IMG/VR virus record: IMGVR_UViG_3300005281_000021
Coordinates: 1-64,000 of that record
Origin: a virus
Taxonomy: Duplodnaviria > Caudoviricetes
DNA length: 64,000 nt
Reading direction: 5' to 3' (one strand)
Positions 1 through 9,682 of the stretch are shown here, piece after piece (positions within the stretch are counted from its first letter, which is position 1; every line of letters begins with the position of its first letter). Both the position numbers and the translations under genes were made by a program. A model generated the notes under the pieces. That model did not search any database. It was not told where the DNA came from and worked only from the letters and a program-made list of their open reading frames with translations.

Positions 1-126
1 CGGCGGCACGTACTTGGTCCCGATGGGCACCTTCGGGGTCAGGCCGCGCCGGGCGTATGCGGGGGATTCGAGAGCGCCGGCTTCGGCGGCACGCAGGCTC
101 AGATGGATAGGCGTGGGTTTCGTCAT
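1..126 (-). CDS. hypothetical protein, partial (runs off left edge)
   Basis: ATG at 126 with AGGAG upstream; MTKPTPIHLSLRAAEAG... is open to the window edge. Confidence 0.5.
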   Translation of the reverse strand, partial: MTKPTPIHLSLRAAEAGALESPAYARRGLTPKVPIGTKYVPP

Positions 127-141
127 GGTCGGCTCCTAGGG

Positions 142-345
142 TCAGTCGTTGGGTAGGCGGGCGCGTCCGGCCCGCGGGTCGTACCAGGCGTAGTCTGGCT
201 TGCCGCTGCACGGCAGCCAGCGCCCGAAGCGTCCGCGCTGGTCGGTGACGCGGTAGAACCACTGGCCATCGGCGCGGCGGGCGAACTGCTTGCTGTAGGT
301 GTGGTCACCGCATCGGTAGATCGGCGAGCTGGATCGGGATGGCAT
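142..345 (-). CDS. small hypothetical phage protein
   Basis: MPSRSSSPIYRCGDHTYSKQF...; TATAGT -10-like hexamer upstream. Confidence 0.5.
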   Translation of the reverse strand: MPSRSSSPIYRCGDHTYSKQFARRADGQWFYRVTDQRGRFGRWLPCSGKPDYAWYDPRAGRARLPND

Positions 346-491
346 GGTGTCGTCAGTAGATGCGATGGCCGTTACTATACGCGAAAACGAACCCATGCAG
401 TCATGATCGTATTCCCTAAGTGACGAAAAGCAACAGTCGGGCCGGCCAAAGCATTGCTCAAATATTGGTACACACTTTTACATCTCGGCGC

Positions 492-520
492 TTGCCTTAC
501 TATTCGCACGTAGGCACACT
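492..520 (+). promoter_or_regulatory. sigma70-type early promoter
   Basis: TTGCCT-17 nt-CACACT upstream of the gene at 554. Confidence 0.5.
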
Positions 521-553
521 AACGCTACAACATCACCGCAGGAGGACAGCAAC

Positions 554-757
554 ATGACGACCATCACCGAACGCGACATCGAGGCCCTGCGCGACGAAGC
601 TGGCGCCCACGGCGACCTGGAGCAGGTCAAGATTTGCGAGCGCGCCCTGGCCGGGAGCAAGCGGGCTTGGCGCGAATGCGAGCGCGTCATCGCCGACGCC
701 CGCGCGATGGCCGACAGTGACAAGCCATTCATTCCAGACCTGACCATCGGATACTAA
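554..757 (+). CDS. small hypothetical early protein
   Basis: AGGAGG RBS then ATG; 67 aa. Confidence 0.75.
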   Translation: MTTITERDIEALRDEAGAHGDLEQVKICERALAGSKRAWRECERVIADARAMADSDKPFIPDLTIGY

Positions 758-773
758 TCCAGGAGCAAACGCC

Positions 774-983
774 ATGATCTCCATCCAAATTCGCTCCCGC
801 AAGCTGGGCCGCACCATCCGCTTCGTCGCGCGCGACCAATCCGGGTACGTCTATCGCGACCCTGACGCCCTGAGCTGTGGCAAGCAGATCTTCGATGCGC
901 AGGGCAGCGCGTGCATCGCTCACACCGAGGACGATCTACGGAAGATTGCCCGCCGCTGGATCAGCAACCAAATCCCTTACTGA
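774..983 (+). CDS. small hypothetical early protein
   Basis: AGGAG RBS; 69 aa. Confidence 0.7.
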   Translation: MISIQIRSRKLGRTIRFVARDQSGYVYRDPDALSCGKQIFDAQGSACIAHTEDDLRKIARRWISNQIPY

Positions 984-993
984 GGAGGACACT

Positions 994-1134
994 ATGACGA
1001 ACCGCCCGCCAATCTACAGTGACCCATGGATCGGGAAAGACGGCAACGAATGGCGCCAGGTCAAATATTGGGTCGGCGTCGGCTACGTGTCTTTCTTGCA
1101 AGTCAAGCGAAACGGCCAGTGGCACGGCTGGTAA
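994..1134 (+). CDS. small hypothetical early protein
   Basis: GAGGAGG RBS; MTNRPPIYSDPW..., 46 aa. Confidence 0.65.
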   Translation: MTNRPPIYSDPWIGKDGNEWRQVKYWVGVGYVSFLQVKRNGQWHGW

Positions 1135-1183
1135 TAGACAACCCGCCCGGCGAAAGCCGGGCCGACTAACCGGAGCGACGAAC

Positions 1184-1348
1184 ATGAACCGCTATCTGAT
1201 CGAATCCCGCGCTGGCGTTATTTTCGGCGTCTACGAAGGTGAAACCCGGCGCGATGCTTTCCTGGCGATGCTGGCCGAGACCGGCGGCGAATACGGCGCG
1301 CCGCACGTCGGCACGGAAGCCGACTGGATCATCACGCAAGCCGACTAA
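1184..1348 (+). CDS. small hypothetical early protein
   Basis: GGAG RBS; MNRYLIESRAG... Confidence 0.65.
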   Translation: MNRYLIESRAGVIFGVYEGETRRDAFLAMLAETGGEYGAPHVGTEADWIITQAD

Positions 1349-1395
1349 GACCGACACGCCCCGGCCTGGTGCCGGGCACCTTTGGGAGACCGACC

Positions 1396-1794
1396 ATGAA
1401 GATCCAGCTGCGCGGGCACTGCCAGATGTGCGGACGAGAACAAGCGGTGCGCAATGGGCGCGTCGCCAAGCATGGCTACACGGTAGCCAACCGCGGGCGG
1501 TTCGGCTGGCTACGCGGCACCTGCTCCGGTCACCTATTCGGACCGATCGAGACCGACCGATCGATGCTAGACAAATGTGCCGCCGAGCTGCGCGAGCAGG
1601 CCGCAAAGCTGCGTGAGAGGGCGGGCCTCTACGAGTCCGGCGCCGAGCCGCTGCCCGAGGGCGAATACAGCCCTTTCCCGGTCGCAAGAAAGCTGCGCGA
1701 CGAGGCCTCGGACGCAGAGTGGGCAGCGAAGAAGCTGGTCACCGCCGCCGACGAGCTGCACGGCAAGCCCCTGCGCGAGGTGGTGATTAACTGA
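1396..1794 (+). CDS. hypothetical protein with Cys/His metal-binding motif
   Basis: GGAG RBS; CQMC...HGY...CSG. Confidence 0.7.
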   Translation: MKIQLRGHCQMCGREQAVRNGRVAKHGYTVANRGRFGWLRGTCSGHLFGPIETDRSMLDKCAAELREQAAKLRERAGLYESGAEPLPEGEYSPFPVARKLRDEASDAEWAAKKLVTAADELHGKPLREVVIN

Positions 1795-1840
1795 TAACCG
1801 ATACCGCCCGGCCCTGGCCGGGCTTTCCTAGGAGAAAGGA

Positions 1841-2164
1841 GTGAAGCCACACAAACTTATCGCTGCGCTCGCCGCGGCCATCGCTACCGGCACCGCGGTC
1901 GCCGGGCCGGAAATGGAAATCAACGCCGATGAGTGTGAGATCTGGAGCAGATTCGCGCGCACCATAACGCAGCTGCGCGACAAAGGGTTCGACGACACCA
2001 CTGTGCAGATGGTGCTCGCCAGGCAGAGCCAGATGGACGCAAGCAAGCGGGCGCTGGCGATCCGCACCATCGAGCTGATCTACAACGACAGGAACTTCCG
2101 CGTTCTCGATCCTGAAGCCGTGAAAAGCATCGTATTCGTCAGCTGCGTAACGGCGGGGAGGTGA
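1841..2164 (+). CDS. hypothetical exported protein
   Basis: AAGGA RBS, GTG start; hydrophobic signal peptide ending AVA. Confidence 0.65.
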   Translation: MKPHKLIAALAAAIATGTAVAGPEMEINADECEIWSRFARTITQLRDKGFDDTTVQMVLARQSQMDASKRALAIRTIELIYNDRNFRVLDPEAVKSIVFVSCVTAGR

Positions 2165-2277
2165 GCGACGCCCAACAGCGTTGAGCCAGTGTCCGTGCAT
2201 ATCGACTGGTGGATGCGCGTCGAGGCGGCATATCGCTACCGCATGGCCGACGCCATGCTTAAAGCAAGGGGGAACAC

Positions 2278-2598
2278 ATGAACATCGAACAACTACGCGC
2301 CGAGTTTGAGGCGTGGGCAAATGGAAGATGTGAGCTACATCTCGTCAACCCAGCCGGAAGGTATTCGTCCGCAACTACCCAATTCGCATGGGAAGCCTAC
2401 CAAGCAGGCCGAGCCGCCCTGCAATCGCAGGATCGGGGAGCAGTTATCGAGGAAGGTTTTCGTTGGCGCAGCATCAACCCGCCCTACAAGATATGGAACT
2501 ACGTGTGGGATCGTGCCCCAGATTCTTGGGAGTTACGCGAAGCGGAGATACAGAACGTGGTTGTATACGCCCGCCGCGTTGAGGGGGAACGGGAATGA
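2278..2598 (+). CDS. hypothetical phage protein
   Basis: MNIEQLRAEFEAW...AWEAYQAGRAA, a common phage early-gene motif. Confidence 0.65.
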   Translation: MNIEQLRAEFEAWANGRCELHLVNPAGRYSSATTQFAWEAYQAGRAALQSQDRGAVIEEGFRWRSINPPYKIWNYVWDRAPDSWELREAEIQNVVVYARRVEGERE

Positions 2599-2768
2599 GC
2601 ATACCTGCCGCCCTACTTCTCGCGCTAATTTCCGTGCTGTTTGGTTACCGATGGGGATGGGTGCGCGCACACGTAGTAATCGCAAAAGAATGCAAGCAGC
2701 TGGGCGGCTTCTACGTCGCAGGCGAAACTTTCAAATGCTCGCTGATCGAGCCAGAGGAAAAGAAATGA
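2595..2768 (+). CDS. small membrane protein
   Basis: ATGA overlap; MSIPAALLLALISVLFGYRWGW...ECKQLGGFYV (57 aa, below the ORF-track cutoff). Confidence 0.6.
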   Translation: MSIPAALLLALISVLFGYRWGWVRAHVVIAKECKQLGGFYVAGETFKCSLIEPEEKK

Positions 2769-3238
2769 ACACTCACGACATTGACCGATTGATCGACAAG
2801 ATCGAGTCGTCAGCGGCTATGGATATAGCTGGGCGCAGCAAGTATATCCATGATCTGCGAGCCGCCATCGAAGCCGACCACAAGCGCAGGGGCGAGCCGG
2901 TGGCGTGGGTCGCCGCCGATACGCTCACCTCTCCGCATCCGGCGTGCGTTTCGTCGCTCGCCTATATGTCGCAGCTCGACAAAGACCTGGGCCGTGAATA
3001 CGTGCCTCTCTACGCCGCACCAGTGGCCGCGCAGACGGCGGACGAACTCGCGGAATGCCGCTCCGCCGTGGCCGAGGTGCTGGCGCTCTTGGAACGCTCT
3101 CTCGCTGTCATACAACATGACATCGATGAAATAGGCGGCTGTGACCACAGCGTCGGCATCTGCTGCTGCGAATTGATCCATCTGGCCGATGATATCCGCG
3201 CCGCCATGCAGCGCGACGGCGGAGGTGATCATGAGTGA
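2765..3238 (+). CDS. hypothetical phage protein
   Basis: ATGA overlap; contains EPVAW and CDHSVGICCC. Confidence 0.6.
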   Translation: MNTHDIDRLIDKIESSAAMDIAGRSKYIHDLRAAIEADHKRRGEPVAWVAADTLTSPHPACVSSLAYMSQLDKDLGREYVPLYAAPVAAQTADELAECRSAVAEVLALLERSLAVIQHDIDEIGGCDHSVGICCCELIHLADDIRAAMQRDGGGDHE

Positions 3239-3378
3239 CGCCTATCAACAGTACGAAGATGCGGTGGTCAGCATCGCCAAGGCAGACTTGTCCGCCGCGC
3301 TCCAACTGGCGACTGGCACCGGAATACGTCATCGCACGTGCTCGAATAACGAACGACAATCCCGGAGGACATATTTTC

Positions 3379-4386
3379 GTGAACCGTATTGAATTCGGCG
3401 ACTGCCGCGAGATCATGCGGCGTTGGTCGGAGCAGGGTATCAAGGCGCAGATGTGCGTGACCAGCCCGCCATATTTCGGCCTGCGTGACTATGGCGTTGA
3501 TGGCCAGCTCGGCTTGGAGCAGACCCCGGACGAATACGTCGCCAACATGGTCGATGTGTTCCGCGCCGTGCGCGACGTGCTGGCCGACGATGGCACGCTG
3601 TGGCTGAACCTGGGCGACAGCTACGCGAGGACTGGTGGCACAGATCGAAAAGTTAGCGAGACGGCCAAGGTCGGCAGCACTCGCAATACGCTGGAACAGA
3701 TGAGCGACCGCACCAGTAAGGCGGCATCGCTTGGGCTGAAAGACAAAGACCTGATCGGCATCCCCTGGCGCGTAGCCTTCGCGCTGCAAGCCGATGGGTG
3801 GATTCTGCGCCAGGATATTATCTGGCACAAGCCAAACCCGATGCCGGAGAGTGTGCGCGACCGCTGCACCAAGGCGCATGAGTACATCTTCCTGCTAAGC
3901 AAGTCGCCGCGATATTACTTCGACAGCGAGGCGATGAAAGAGCCTGCGATTCAGGCGGGCAGGGTTCGCGCGGATTCGTTCGCCGGGCGGCAGGGGACGG
4001 CCAAATATCAAGTCGCTTCGGGCGGGATCGGGTCAGTGTTCACCGGGGCGCAGACCCGCAACCGCCGCAGCGTGTGGACCGTGGCCACCAAGCCGTACAA
4101 AGGCGCGCACTTCGCCGTGTTCCCGCCCGCGTTGATCGAGCCGTGCATCCTGGCCGGTTCGCGCCCTGGTGACGTTGTGCTGGACCCATTCATGGGCAGC
4201 GGCACGACCGCCGAAGTCGCCATTTCGCACGGACGCCAGTATCTAGGCTGCGAACTAAATGAAGAATACCGGCACCTTCAGGATGCCCGCATTCATGAAG
4301 CGACGGCAGCGCGCAAATTAGCGCTGGCGCAATCGTCTCTCTTTGACTCGGTGTCGGATAGCACCGCACTGGAGAATGCGGCATGA
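3379..4386 (+). CDS. DNA methyltransferase, beta class (N4-cytosine/N6-adenine)
   Basis: GGAGGA RBS, GTG start; catalytic TSPPY precedes SAM-binding VLDPFMGSGTT. Confidence 0.92.
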   Translation: MNRIEFGDCREIMRRWSEQGIKAQMCVTSPPYFGLRDYGVDGQLGLEQTPDEYVANMVDVFRAVRDVLADDGTLWLNLGDSYARTGGTDRKVSETAKVGSTRNTLEQMSDRTSKAASLGLKDKDLIGIPWRVAFALQADGWILRQDIIWHKPNPMPESVRDRCTKAHEYIFLLSKSPRYYFDSEAMKEPAIQAGRVRADSFAGRQGTAKYQVASGGIGSVFTGAQTRNRRSVWTVATKPYKGAHFAVFPPALIEPCILAGSRPGDVVLDPFMGSGTTAEVAISHGRQYLGCELNEEYRHLQDARIHEATAARKLALAQSSLFDSVSDSTALENAA

Positions 4387-4573
4387 AATGCGCACTTTGC
4401 GGTCGCGCGCTGCGCAAGCGTGGTGTCACCGCCGACTACGTGACCGACGAATGCGCGGACCGCGATGAGAAAATCCGGCGGTTCAAATGAAGCGGCGACA
4501 AAAGAGGAGATGAGCAATGACTGACCGCTACGCACGAATCCGCCAGGCGCTGGCGCATGGAGGTGAAGGAGGC

Positions 4574-5224
4574 ATGAACGAGCGCCCCATCATCATGCGC
4601 GATTGGGAGGTGCGAGCGATCCTGGCCGGTCAGAAAACGATGATACGCCGCGTTCTGCGCATACCGCCGCGAAAACTGTGTCCGGTTTCGGCTCAATTTA
4701 GCAGCGTGAAGAACGGGGTGGCGATGTTCATTTGTGGGACAGATGGTGCGCTTGTGCGCTGCCAACTCGGCCAGCCCGGCGACAGGTTGTGGGTGCGTGA
4801 GAATTTTTATCAGGACGGACAGTGGAGCCTCCGTCTCGGCTGCGAACCTGACGATCCGCGTGGCAGATTTTGGTCTGGGACAAGCCGTGTGATTTTTGCG
4901 GCAGACGGCACCCCATTGCCTGATCCTATTCCGGGAAACCAGTGGAGATTTCGCCCATCCATCCACATGCCTCGCCTGCTCAGCAGGATCACGCTGGAGG
5001 TCACCGGGGTGCGCGTGGAGCGGCTGCAGGACATAAGCGGAATGGACGCAAAGAGAGAGGGCGTCTCCGTGCCTGCGCACCTCCCGCATGACGGAGCAGA
5101 CCTCGACTACGCGCGACGCGAGTACCGTCGCATATGGCAATCCATCAACGGCCCAGGCTCCTGGGATGCTAACCCGTGGGTGTGGGTCGTGGAGTTTGAA
5201 CGGATGAAGGAGAACAAAGCATGA
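4574..5224 (+). CDS. ASCH/PUA-like phage protein
   Basis: AAGGAGG RBS; RAILAGQKT..RR, GDRLWVRE, PSIHMPR, WDANPWVWVVEF. Confidence 0.75.
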   Translation: MNERPIIMRDWEVRAILAGQKTMIRRVLRIPPRKLCPVSAQFSSVKNGVAMFICGTDGALVRCQLGQPGDRLWVRENFYQDGQWSLRLGCEPDDPRGRFWSGTSRVIFAADGTPLPDPIPGNQWRFRPSIHMPRLLSRITLEVTGVRVERLQDISGMDAKREGVSVPAHLPHDGADLDYARREYRRIWQSINGPGSWDANPWVWVVEFERMKENKA

Positions 5225-5421
5225 ACAAGTTAAGCGAATTGAAGAAGCGCGGCTGCCCGACTTGTGAGGGCGTAGATGCGCGGTCCTGTTGTCGCTGCCG
5301 GGGGAAAACGCGCATGTGCGACTGGTACAACACGGAGACTGGATGGGCTCACTATACAGAGCTGGACAACGTTGAGCGCCAGATGGCCGACGCCATGCTG
5401 CGCGCCAGGGAGGGCGAGTGA
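5221..5421 (+). CDS. small Cys-rich protein
   Basis: coupled start; CPTC...CCRC; MADAML tail. Confidence 0.55.
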   Translation: MNKLSELKKRGCPTCEGVDARSCCRCRGKTRMCDWYNTETGWAHYTELDNVERQMADAMLRAREGE

Positions 5422-5672
5422 TGGGAGTTAAGGCCACCACTACCGTTGAGTACACCTGCGACATGTGCCGCAAGCCGACGCAGCAGCCGTTCGAAGCTGA
5501 GCAGCGCATCCTGTGGCAAGACCGGGATGTGTCGGCCAGAACAAAGGTGTCGGCGTCTATCGAAATCGACTACTGCCCCGGAGCTGTAGTTTTGTGCCGA
5601 CCTTGCGCGGCGAACCTGATGCGCAGGGAAGCGGACTTGATCGACCCTCCGGCGCGGGAGGGCAAGCAATGA
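5418..5672 (+). CDS. small zinc-finger-like protein
   Basis: CDMC...CRPC. Confidence 0.6.
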   Translation: MMGVKATTTVEYTCDMCRKPTQQPFEAEQRILWQDRDVSARTKVSASIEIDYCPGAVVLCRPCAANLMRREADLIDPPAREGKQ

Positions 5673-5878
5673 CTGACGACATCAAACTGCCGCCGCTGCC
5701 ACCCGGCGACGTCGTCTCGTATTCGCGAAATCTGCAGGACGAAACCCGCGCATACAGCAGCAGGGCAATGATCGAGTACGGTCGCGCCTGCTACAAGCAA
5801 GCGCTCGATGACGTCATGCAGCGTCTGCTGCAGTTGGACGGCGGCACCCCAAAAAGGAGCAACAGTGGCAATCCTTAA
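5669..5878 (+). CDS. hypothetical phage protein
   Basis: ATGA overlap; MTDDIKLPPLP. Confidence 0.55.
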   Translation: MTDDIKLPPLPPGDVVSYSRNLQDETRAYSSRAMIEYGRACYKQALDDVMQRLLQLDGGTPKRSNSGNP

Positions 5879-6128
5879 CCGCATCCCCAAAGACAGGATC
5901 CGCGAGGAATTCACGCACTACGGCCTGTTCTGTGGCTTCGTGCCCGTCTACGTCAAATACCCGCACGGGATCTGCACGATCGCGGTGCGCAACTGGTGGC
6001 CGGAGTGGCTCATGAGCGTCGCACTCTTCCTGGTTCGCCTGCACGCCGACATGCTGCCACCCGGAGAGCGGGCGCCCTTTCCTGTCTTCCTAACCGGCAG
6101 GATCGACGGCAGCAAGGAGCCAAGATGA
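5865..6128 (+). CDS. hypothetical phage protein
   Basis: AAGGAG RBS, GTG start; FTHYGLFCGFVPVY. Confidence 0.6.
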   Translation: MAILNRIPKDRIREEFTHYGLFCGFVPVYVKYPHGICTIAVRNWWPEWLMSVALFLVRLHADMLPPGERAPFPVFLTGRIDGSKEPR

Positions 6129-6178
6129 TCCTCACCGGCATCGGATCCCGAAACAACCTCGCCTCCACGGAGGTCTAA
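6125..6178 (+). pseudogene. probable truncated remnant of a SLOG/DprA-like gene
   Basis: AAGGAG RBS, then MILTGIGSR and a stop after 17 codons. Confidence 0.35.
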
Positions 6179-6181
6179 CAC

Positions 6182-6649
6182 ATGACTGACATCCACACCC
6201 TGCTGCGGTTGCAAGGCGACCGCTACAGCAAGAACCTGCAACGATACCTGCGCTCCTGGAACAAGAAATACCGGAGCACACCTTTCGAGACGCCCGAGGT
6301 CTACATGGGAACCGACGGCACCCGCTACATCGGTCGGCTCAGCGAAGGGTCGCTGTACGGCTCCAAGCTGATGGCCGCGCTGGTACTTGGCGGGCGCGCC
6401 ATCATCGGCTGCTACTTGCGCGCACCCGAGGTGACGCCGATCGAGAACTTCTGGCGCGACTACGTCGCCATCGGCGGGTGCGCCATCGACCCCGACCACA
6501 GCGTGGTGTTCCTCGACGAGGACACGCGCTGGCAAGTCGAGGGCGACGTGCGGCGCTGCATCTGGTGCGGAAAGGCCACGCAAGTGCTGCGGCGCTGGAC
6601 GGAGACCGTCGAGCGCGAAGCCTGGGTCAACGAAGCAGCAGAGGTGTAA
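6182..6649 (+). CDS. hypothetical phage protein
   Basis: GGAGG RBS; 155 aa with CIWC. Confidence 0.7.
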   Translation: MTDIHTLLRLQGDRYSKNLQRYLRSWNKKYRSTPFETPEVYMGTDGTRYIGRLSEGSLYGSKLMAALVLGGRAIIGCYLRAPEVTPIENFWRDYVAIGGCAIDPDHSVVFLDEDTRWQVEGDVRRCIWCGKATQVLRRWTETVEREAWVNEAAEV

Positions 6650-6651
6650 GC

Positions 6652-6849
6652 GTGGCGAAGAAGAAACTGATCAGCGTCCGCACCGCGGCAGAGGTGGTAA
6701 ACGTCACGCCGCGCCGGATCCAGCAGCTCATCCGTGACGGGCGCGTCCCGGGCGCCCAATTCATCGCCGGGGTTTGGCTGCTGCCGGAGGACTTCATCGT
6801 CCTCCCGGCGCAGCGCCGCCGCCCCGGAAAAATCCCCCTCGCAGACTAG
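6652..6849 (+). CDS. helix-turn-helix DNA-binding protein (excisionase/MerR-like)
   Basis: GAGG RBS, GTG start; ISVRTAAEVVNVTPRRIQQLIRDGRVPGA. Confidence 0.75.
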   Translation: MAKKKLISVRTAAEVVNVTPRRIQQLIRDGRVPGAQFIAGVWLLPEDFIVLPAQRRRPGKIPLAD

Positions 6850-9653
6850 AACGAGACCGTATCCTCGGGGTCGTACCCATCATAGGGCGACCCCGAGGGC
6901 GCTGGCTGGGCATCGTCCATGTTCAGCGGCAGGCTGATGCACTTGGACGTCTGCCCGTTGAACCGCTGCGTCCGGTCGCCATACCGGTCGGCGCCAGGGT
7001 AGCGCAGCAGCACACCGCGCAGGTCAGCAGAGAATGGTGTGCCCTGCATCAGGTGCTTGGGCTGGTCCGAAGTGTTCGAGACCAGCAGTCGGCCATCTCT
7101 GACGCGCATGCCGTACCGCTGTAGCACCGCGTCCGCAGACGACGCCTGCATCTGCACGCCCTCTACCTCGTAGCCCAGCGCCATCCGGCACAACTCGTAG
7201 ACGGTGACGATCACGCCGCCCTGCAGCTTGACGTGCGCCTCCATGAGCGACGCGTAGGCACGCACGGAATCGTCGAGGTCGGCATTTTCGAGGTGCTCCG
7301 ACCAGTCGTACTGGTCGATCATCTGCTCGACTTCCTCACGGGTGGCGAGCTGGGTGCTGATCAACGACCAGGCGCCGGCCAGCAGCGTGCCGTACTGGTC
7401 GCCGTCGCGCTGGCTGCCGAACCGCTGCGCTGCCACCTCGGCGAACAGGTCGATGTTGGCGCGCGTGACCGGCAGCAGGTCGAGCGACCGGCGCAGCAGA
7501 CGCCGACCGATCTCTGGGTCGCGCTTGATCGCGTACAGCGCATCCTTGATCCGCTTCCAGGTCTCGGCTGCGTCCTTGTCCTCGCGCTTCGGGCGGAGAT
7601 TGAGCACCGCCATGCGCTCGATGTCGGCCTGGTGCTTCATGCCGACCTGGACCGACGCCAGGCAGAACATGGAGCGGATATGGAACGACAGCGCGTCGCC
7701 GCCAGCGGTGCCCTTGAACGTTTTGGCCTCGGACTCGGTCGACGCCTGCCGGATGAGCGCGAGCACCGCCTGCACGCGGGCGGTCTCCCTCTCATCGTTC
7801 TGCTCGGACTCGTCGAACAGCACCGGCAGCGCGTCGGCCTTCAGATGCTGCCGGATCCCGGCCTCGGAGCTGTTGCCCTGGGCGAACATATCGGTGCCCG
7901 CCATGAGCGGGTGCACGTACTCGTTCAGGATCGTCGACTTGCCCGACCCCGGCCCGCCGCCGAGCCAGATGTGCGGGCGCCAGCGCAGCGCGCCGCACAG
8001 CGGTGCCAGCGCCACCCAGCCGGCCAGCAGCGCCGCGCTCGCCGGCTTCGTCCAGCGGAACATCTTGGCGATCTCGAGCAGCCGGGCTCCTTCCTCGTCG
8101 GAAAGCGGCGACTTCGCAGGCTCTGGCAGCGAACGATCCAGCTCGTACACGTAGCGGGACTTGATCTTGGTGATGGCCGTCGGCACGCCGTCGACGGACA
8201 GATAGCCGCCGTGGTGGTAGACCACCCGGCCATCGTCGATCCAGGCGCCGCGACCGCGCAGCCGCGACGGGTCATAGATCCCGGCCTTGTGGCAGCAGCG
8301 CACGATCCAGTCCATCGCTGACTTCCGGTCGATCCCGTTCTTTTCTTTTGCGGAGGGGAATTCGCGCTCCCACCAGTTAAGCGGCGCCAGGGCGATCAGG
8401 CCGGCCTCGGTGAAATCGCCCTTCGTGTAGACCAGCACCTGCTTCTTCTCGTGCTGGAACAGGTAGTAGCGCTCGTGGTCGTAGCCGAGCATCGAGAAGT
8501 AGCCGCCGGTGTCATCCGGCCCATCTGGCTCGTCATGCTTGGACACGCCGTCCTCGGGCTGGGGAACCTGCGCAGGCGCCGGATCCGGCGGCAGCGGCAC
8601 GTTGGTCTTGATCGGCGGGGTCTCCGGGCGCAGCGCGAGGTTGATCGTCTCGCGCACGGCATCGTGGCCGCGCAGCAGCGCTAGGTCGTTGAAGTCGGTC
8701 GGGCCTTTGACCTTTCCGGTCTCTGGGTCGGTCTTGCCATCCTTGGGCGAAAACGGCGGGATGGCGACGAAGGCTCGGATCTCCTTGGCCGCGGTCCGTG
8801 CGTAGTAGACGCCGGGGTTGTCGATGGGCGTCGTCGTCCACTGGTCGTTGTCGGCGCACAGGACGATCGACATCTCAGGGAACGACTCGCGGATCGAGCG
8901 AGCGACCGGCGCCAGGTTGCCGGCGTCGAACGCCACGACGACAGCGTGGCCAGTGGCCTCATGCAAGCTGGCGCCAGTGGCGAAGCCCTCGCAGATCAGG
9001 ATGACGCCTGAAACCGGCTTCCCGATCGTGAAAAACAGGCCCTCCTTGGCGCCGCCCCGCAGGAAGTCCTTGTCCCGATGCAGCGGGTTGTTCGCGTTCG
9101 GGAAGATCGCCTGCAGAGAATGGATGCGCTTCTTCTTGTCGCGCAGCGGCACCAACAGCGCGTTTTTGGTCACCAGCGTGACAGCGCCGGTTTCCTCGTT
9201 GACCACCTCCCAGCGCCCGACACGCAAGCCGTGGGCGCTGATTTTCTTGCGGGCGAGGTAGGGGTGCTCGCTGGCCGGCTGCGCGGCCTCCCACAAATCG
9301 TTTGCGCGCTTGGCAGCAGCTGCCCGGCGGGCCTTCTCTTCCGCCTCTTTCGCGGCCTTGCGCTCTGCCATCTTCTGAGAAAAGGCCTGACGCTCTTCCC
9401 GCGTGAGCGGACGGGTCTCCTTCAGCGACCACCTTATCTTTCCGTTTGGCCCGAGCCGCTTGTTGCAGCCGAATGCGCCCGCCGGGTGCTCGTCGGCGTG
9501 CAGGATGTACCAGGCGTTCTTTGATCCCTTGGCATCGCCGGCGACGTGGACTCGGTGGATCTTCCCGTCCGGCACGATATCCGCGATATCGACCGAGATC
9601 CCGGCAGACATCATCGCAGCGTGGAACTGCGACACGACATCAAATTCTGTCAT
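6846..9653 (-). CDS. DNA primase-helicase (TOPRIM plus P-loop NTPase)
   Basis: ICEGFATG and CADND TOPRIM motifs, TDFNDL; Walker A GGPGSGKS, Walker B VLFDE. Confidence 0.9.
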   Translation of the reverse strand: MTEFDVVSQFHAAMMSAGISVDIADIVPDGKIHRVHVAGDAKGSKNAWYILHADEHPAGAFGCNKRLGPNGKIRWSLKETRPLTREERQAFSQKMAERKAAKEAEEKARRAAAAKRANDLWEAAQPASEHPYLARKKISAHGLRVGRWEVVNEETGAVTLVTKNALLVPLRDKKKRIHSLQAIFPNANNPLHRDKDFLRGGAKEGLFFTIGKPVSGVILICEGFATGASLHEATGHAVVVAFDAGNLAPVARSIRESFPEMSIVLCADNDQWTTTPIDNPGVYYARTAAKEIRAFVAIPPFSPKDGKTDPETGKVKGPTDFNDLALLRGHDAVRETINLALRPETPPIKTNVPLPPDPAPAQVPQPEDGVSKHDEPDGPDDTGGYFSMLGYDHERYYLFQHEKKQVLVYTKGDFTEAGLIALAPLNWWEREFPSAKEKNGIDRKSAMDWIVRCCHKAGIYDPSRLRGRGAWIDDGRVVYHHGGYLSVDGVPTAITKIKSRYVYELDRSLPEPAKSPLSDEEGARLLEIAKMFRWTKPASAALLAGWVALAPLCGALRWRPHIWLGGGPGSGKSTILNEYVHPLMAGTDMFAQGNSSEAGIRQHLKADALPVLFDESEQNDERETARVQAVLALIRQASTESEAKTFKGTAGGDALSFHIRSMFCLASVQVGMKHQADIERMAVLNLRPKREDKDAAETWKRIKDALYAIKRDPEIGRRLLRRSLDLLPVTRANIDLFAEVAAQRFGSQRDGDQYGTLLAGAWSLISTQLATREEVEQMIDQYDWSEHLENADLDDSVRAYASLMEAHVKLQGGVIVTVYELCRMALGYEVEGVQMQASSADAVLQRYGMRVRDGRLLVSNTSDQPKHLMQGTPFSADLRGVLLRYPGADRYGDRTQRFNGQTSKCISLPLNMDDAQPAPSGSPYDGYDPEDTVSF

Positions 9654-9682
9654 TACTTCCCCTGCAAAGAAGTGTCCCGCTG

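Noticed and set aside
3379-4386. Restriction-modification system
   Set aside because: No adjacent restriction endonuclease; an orphan methyltransferase is ordinary in temperate phages
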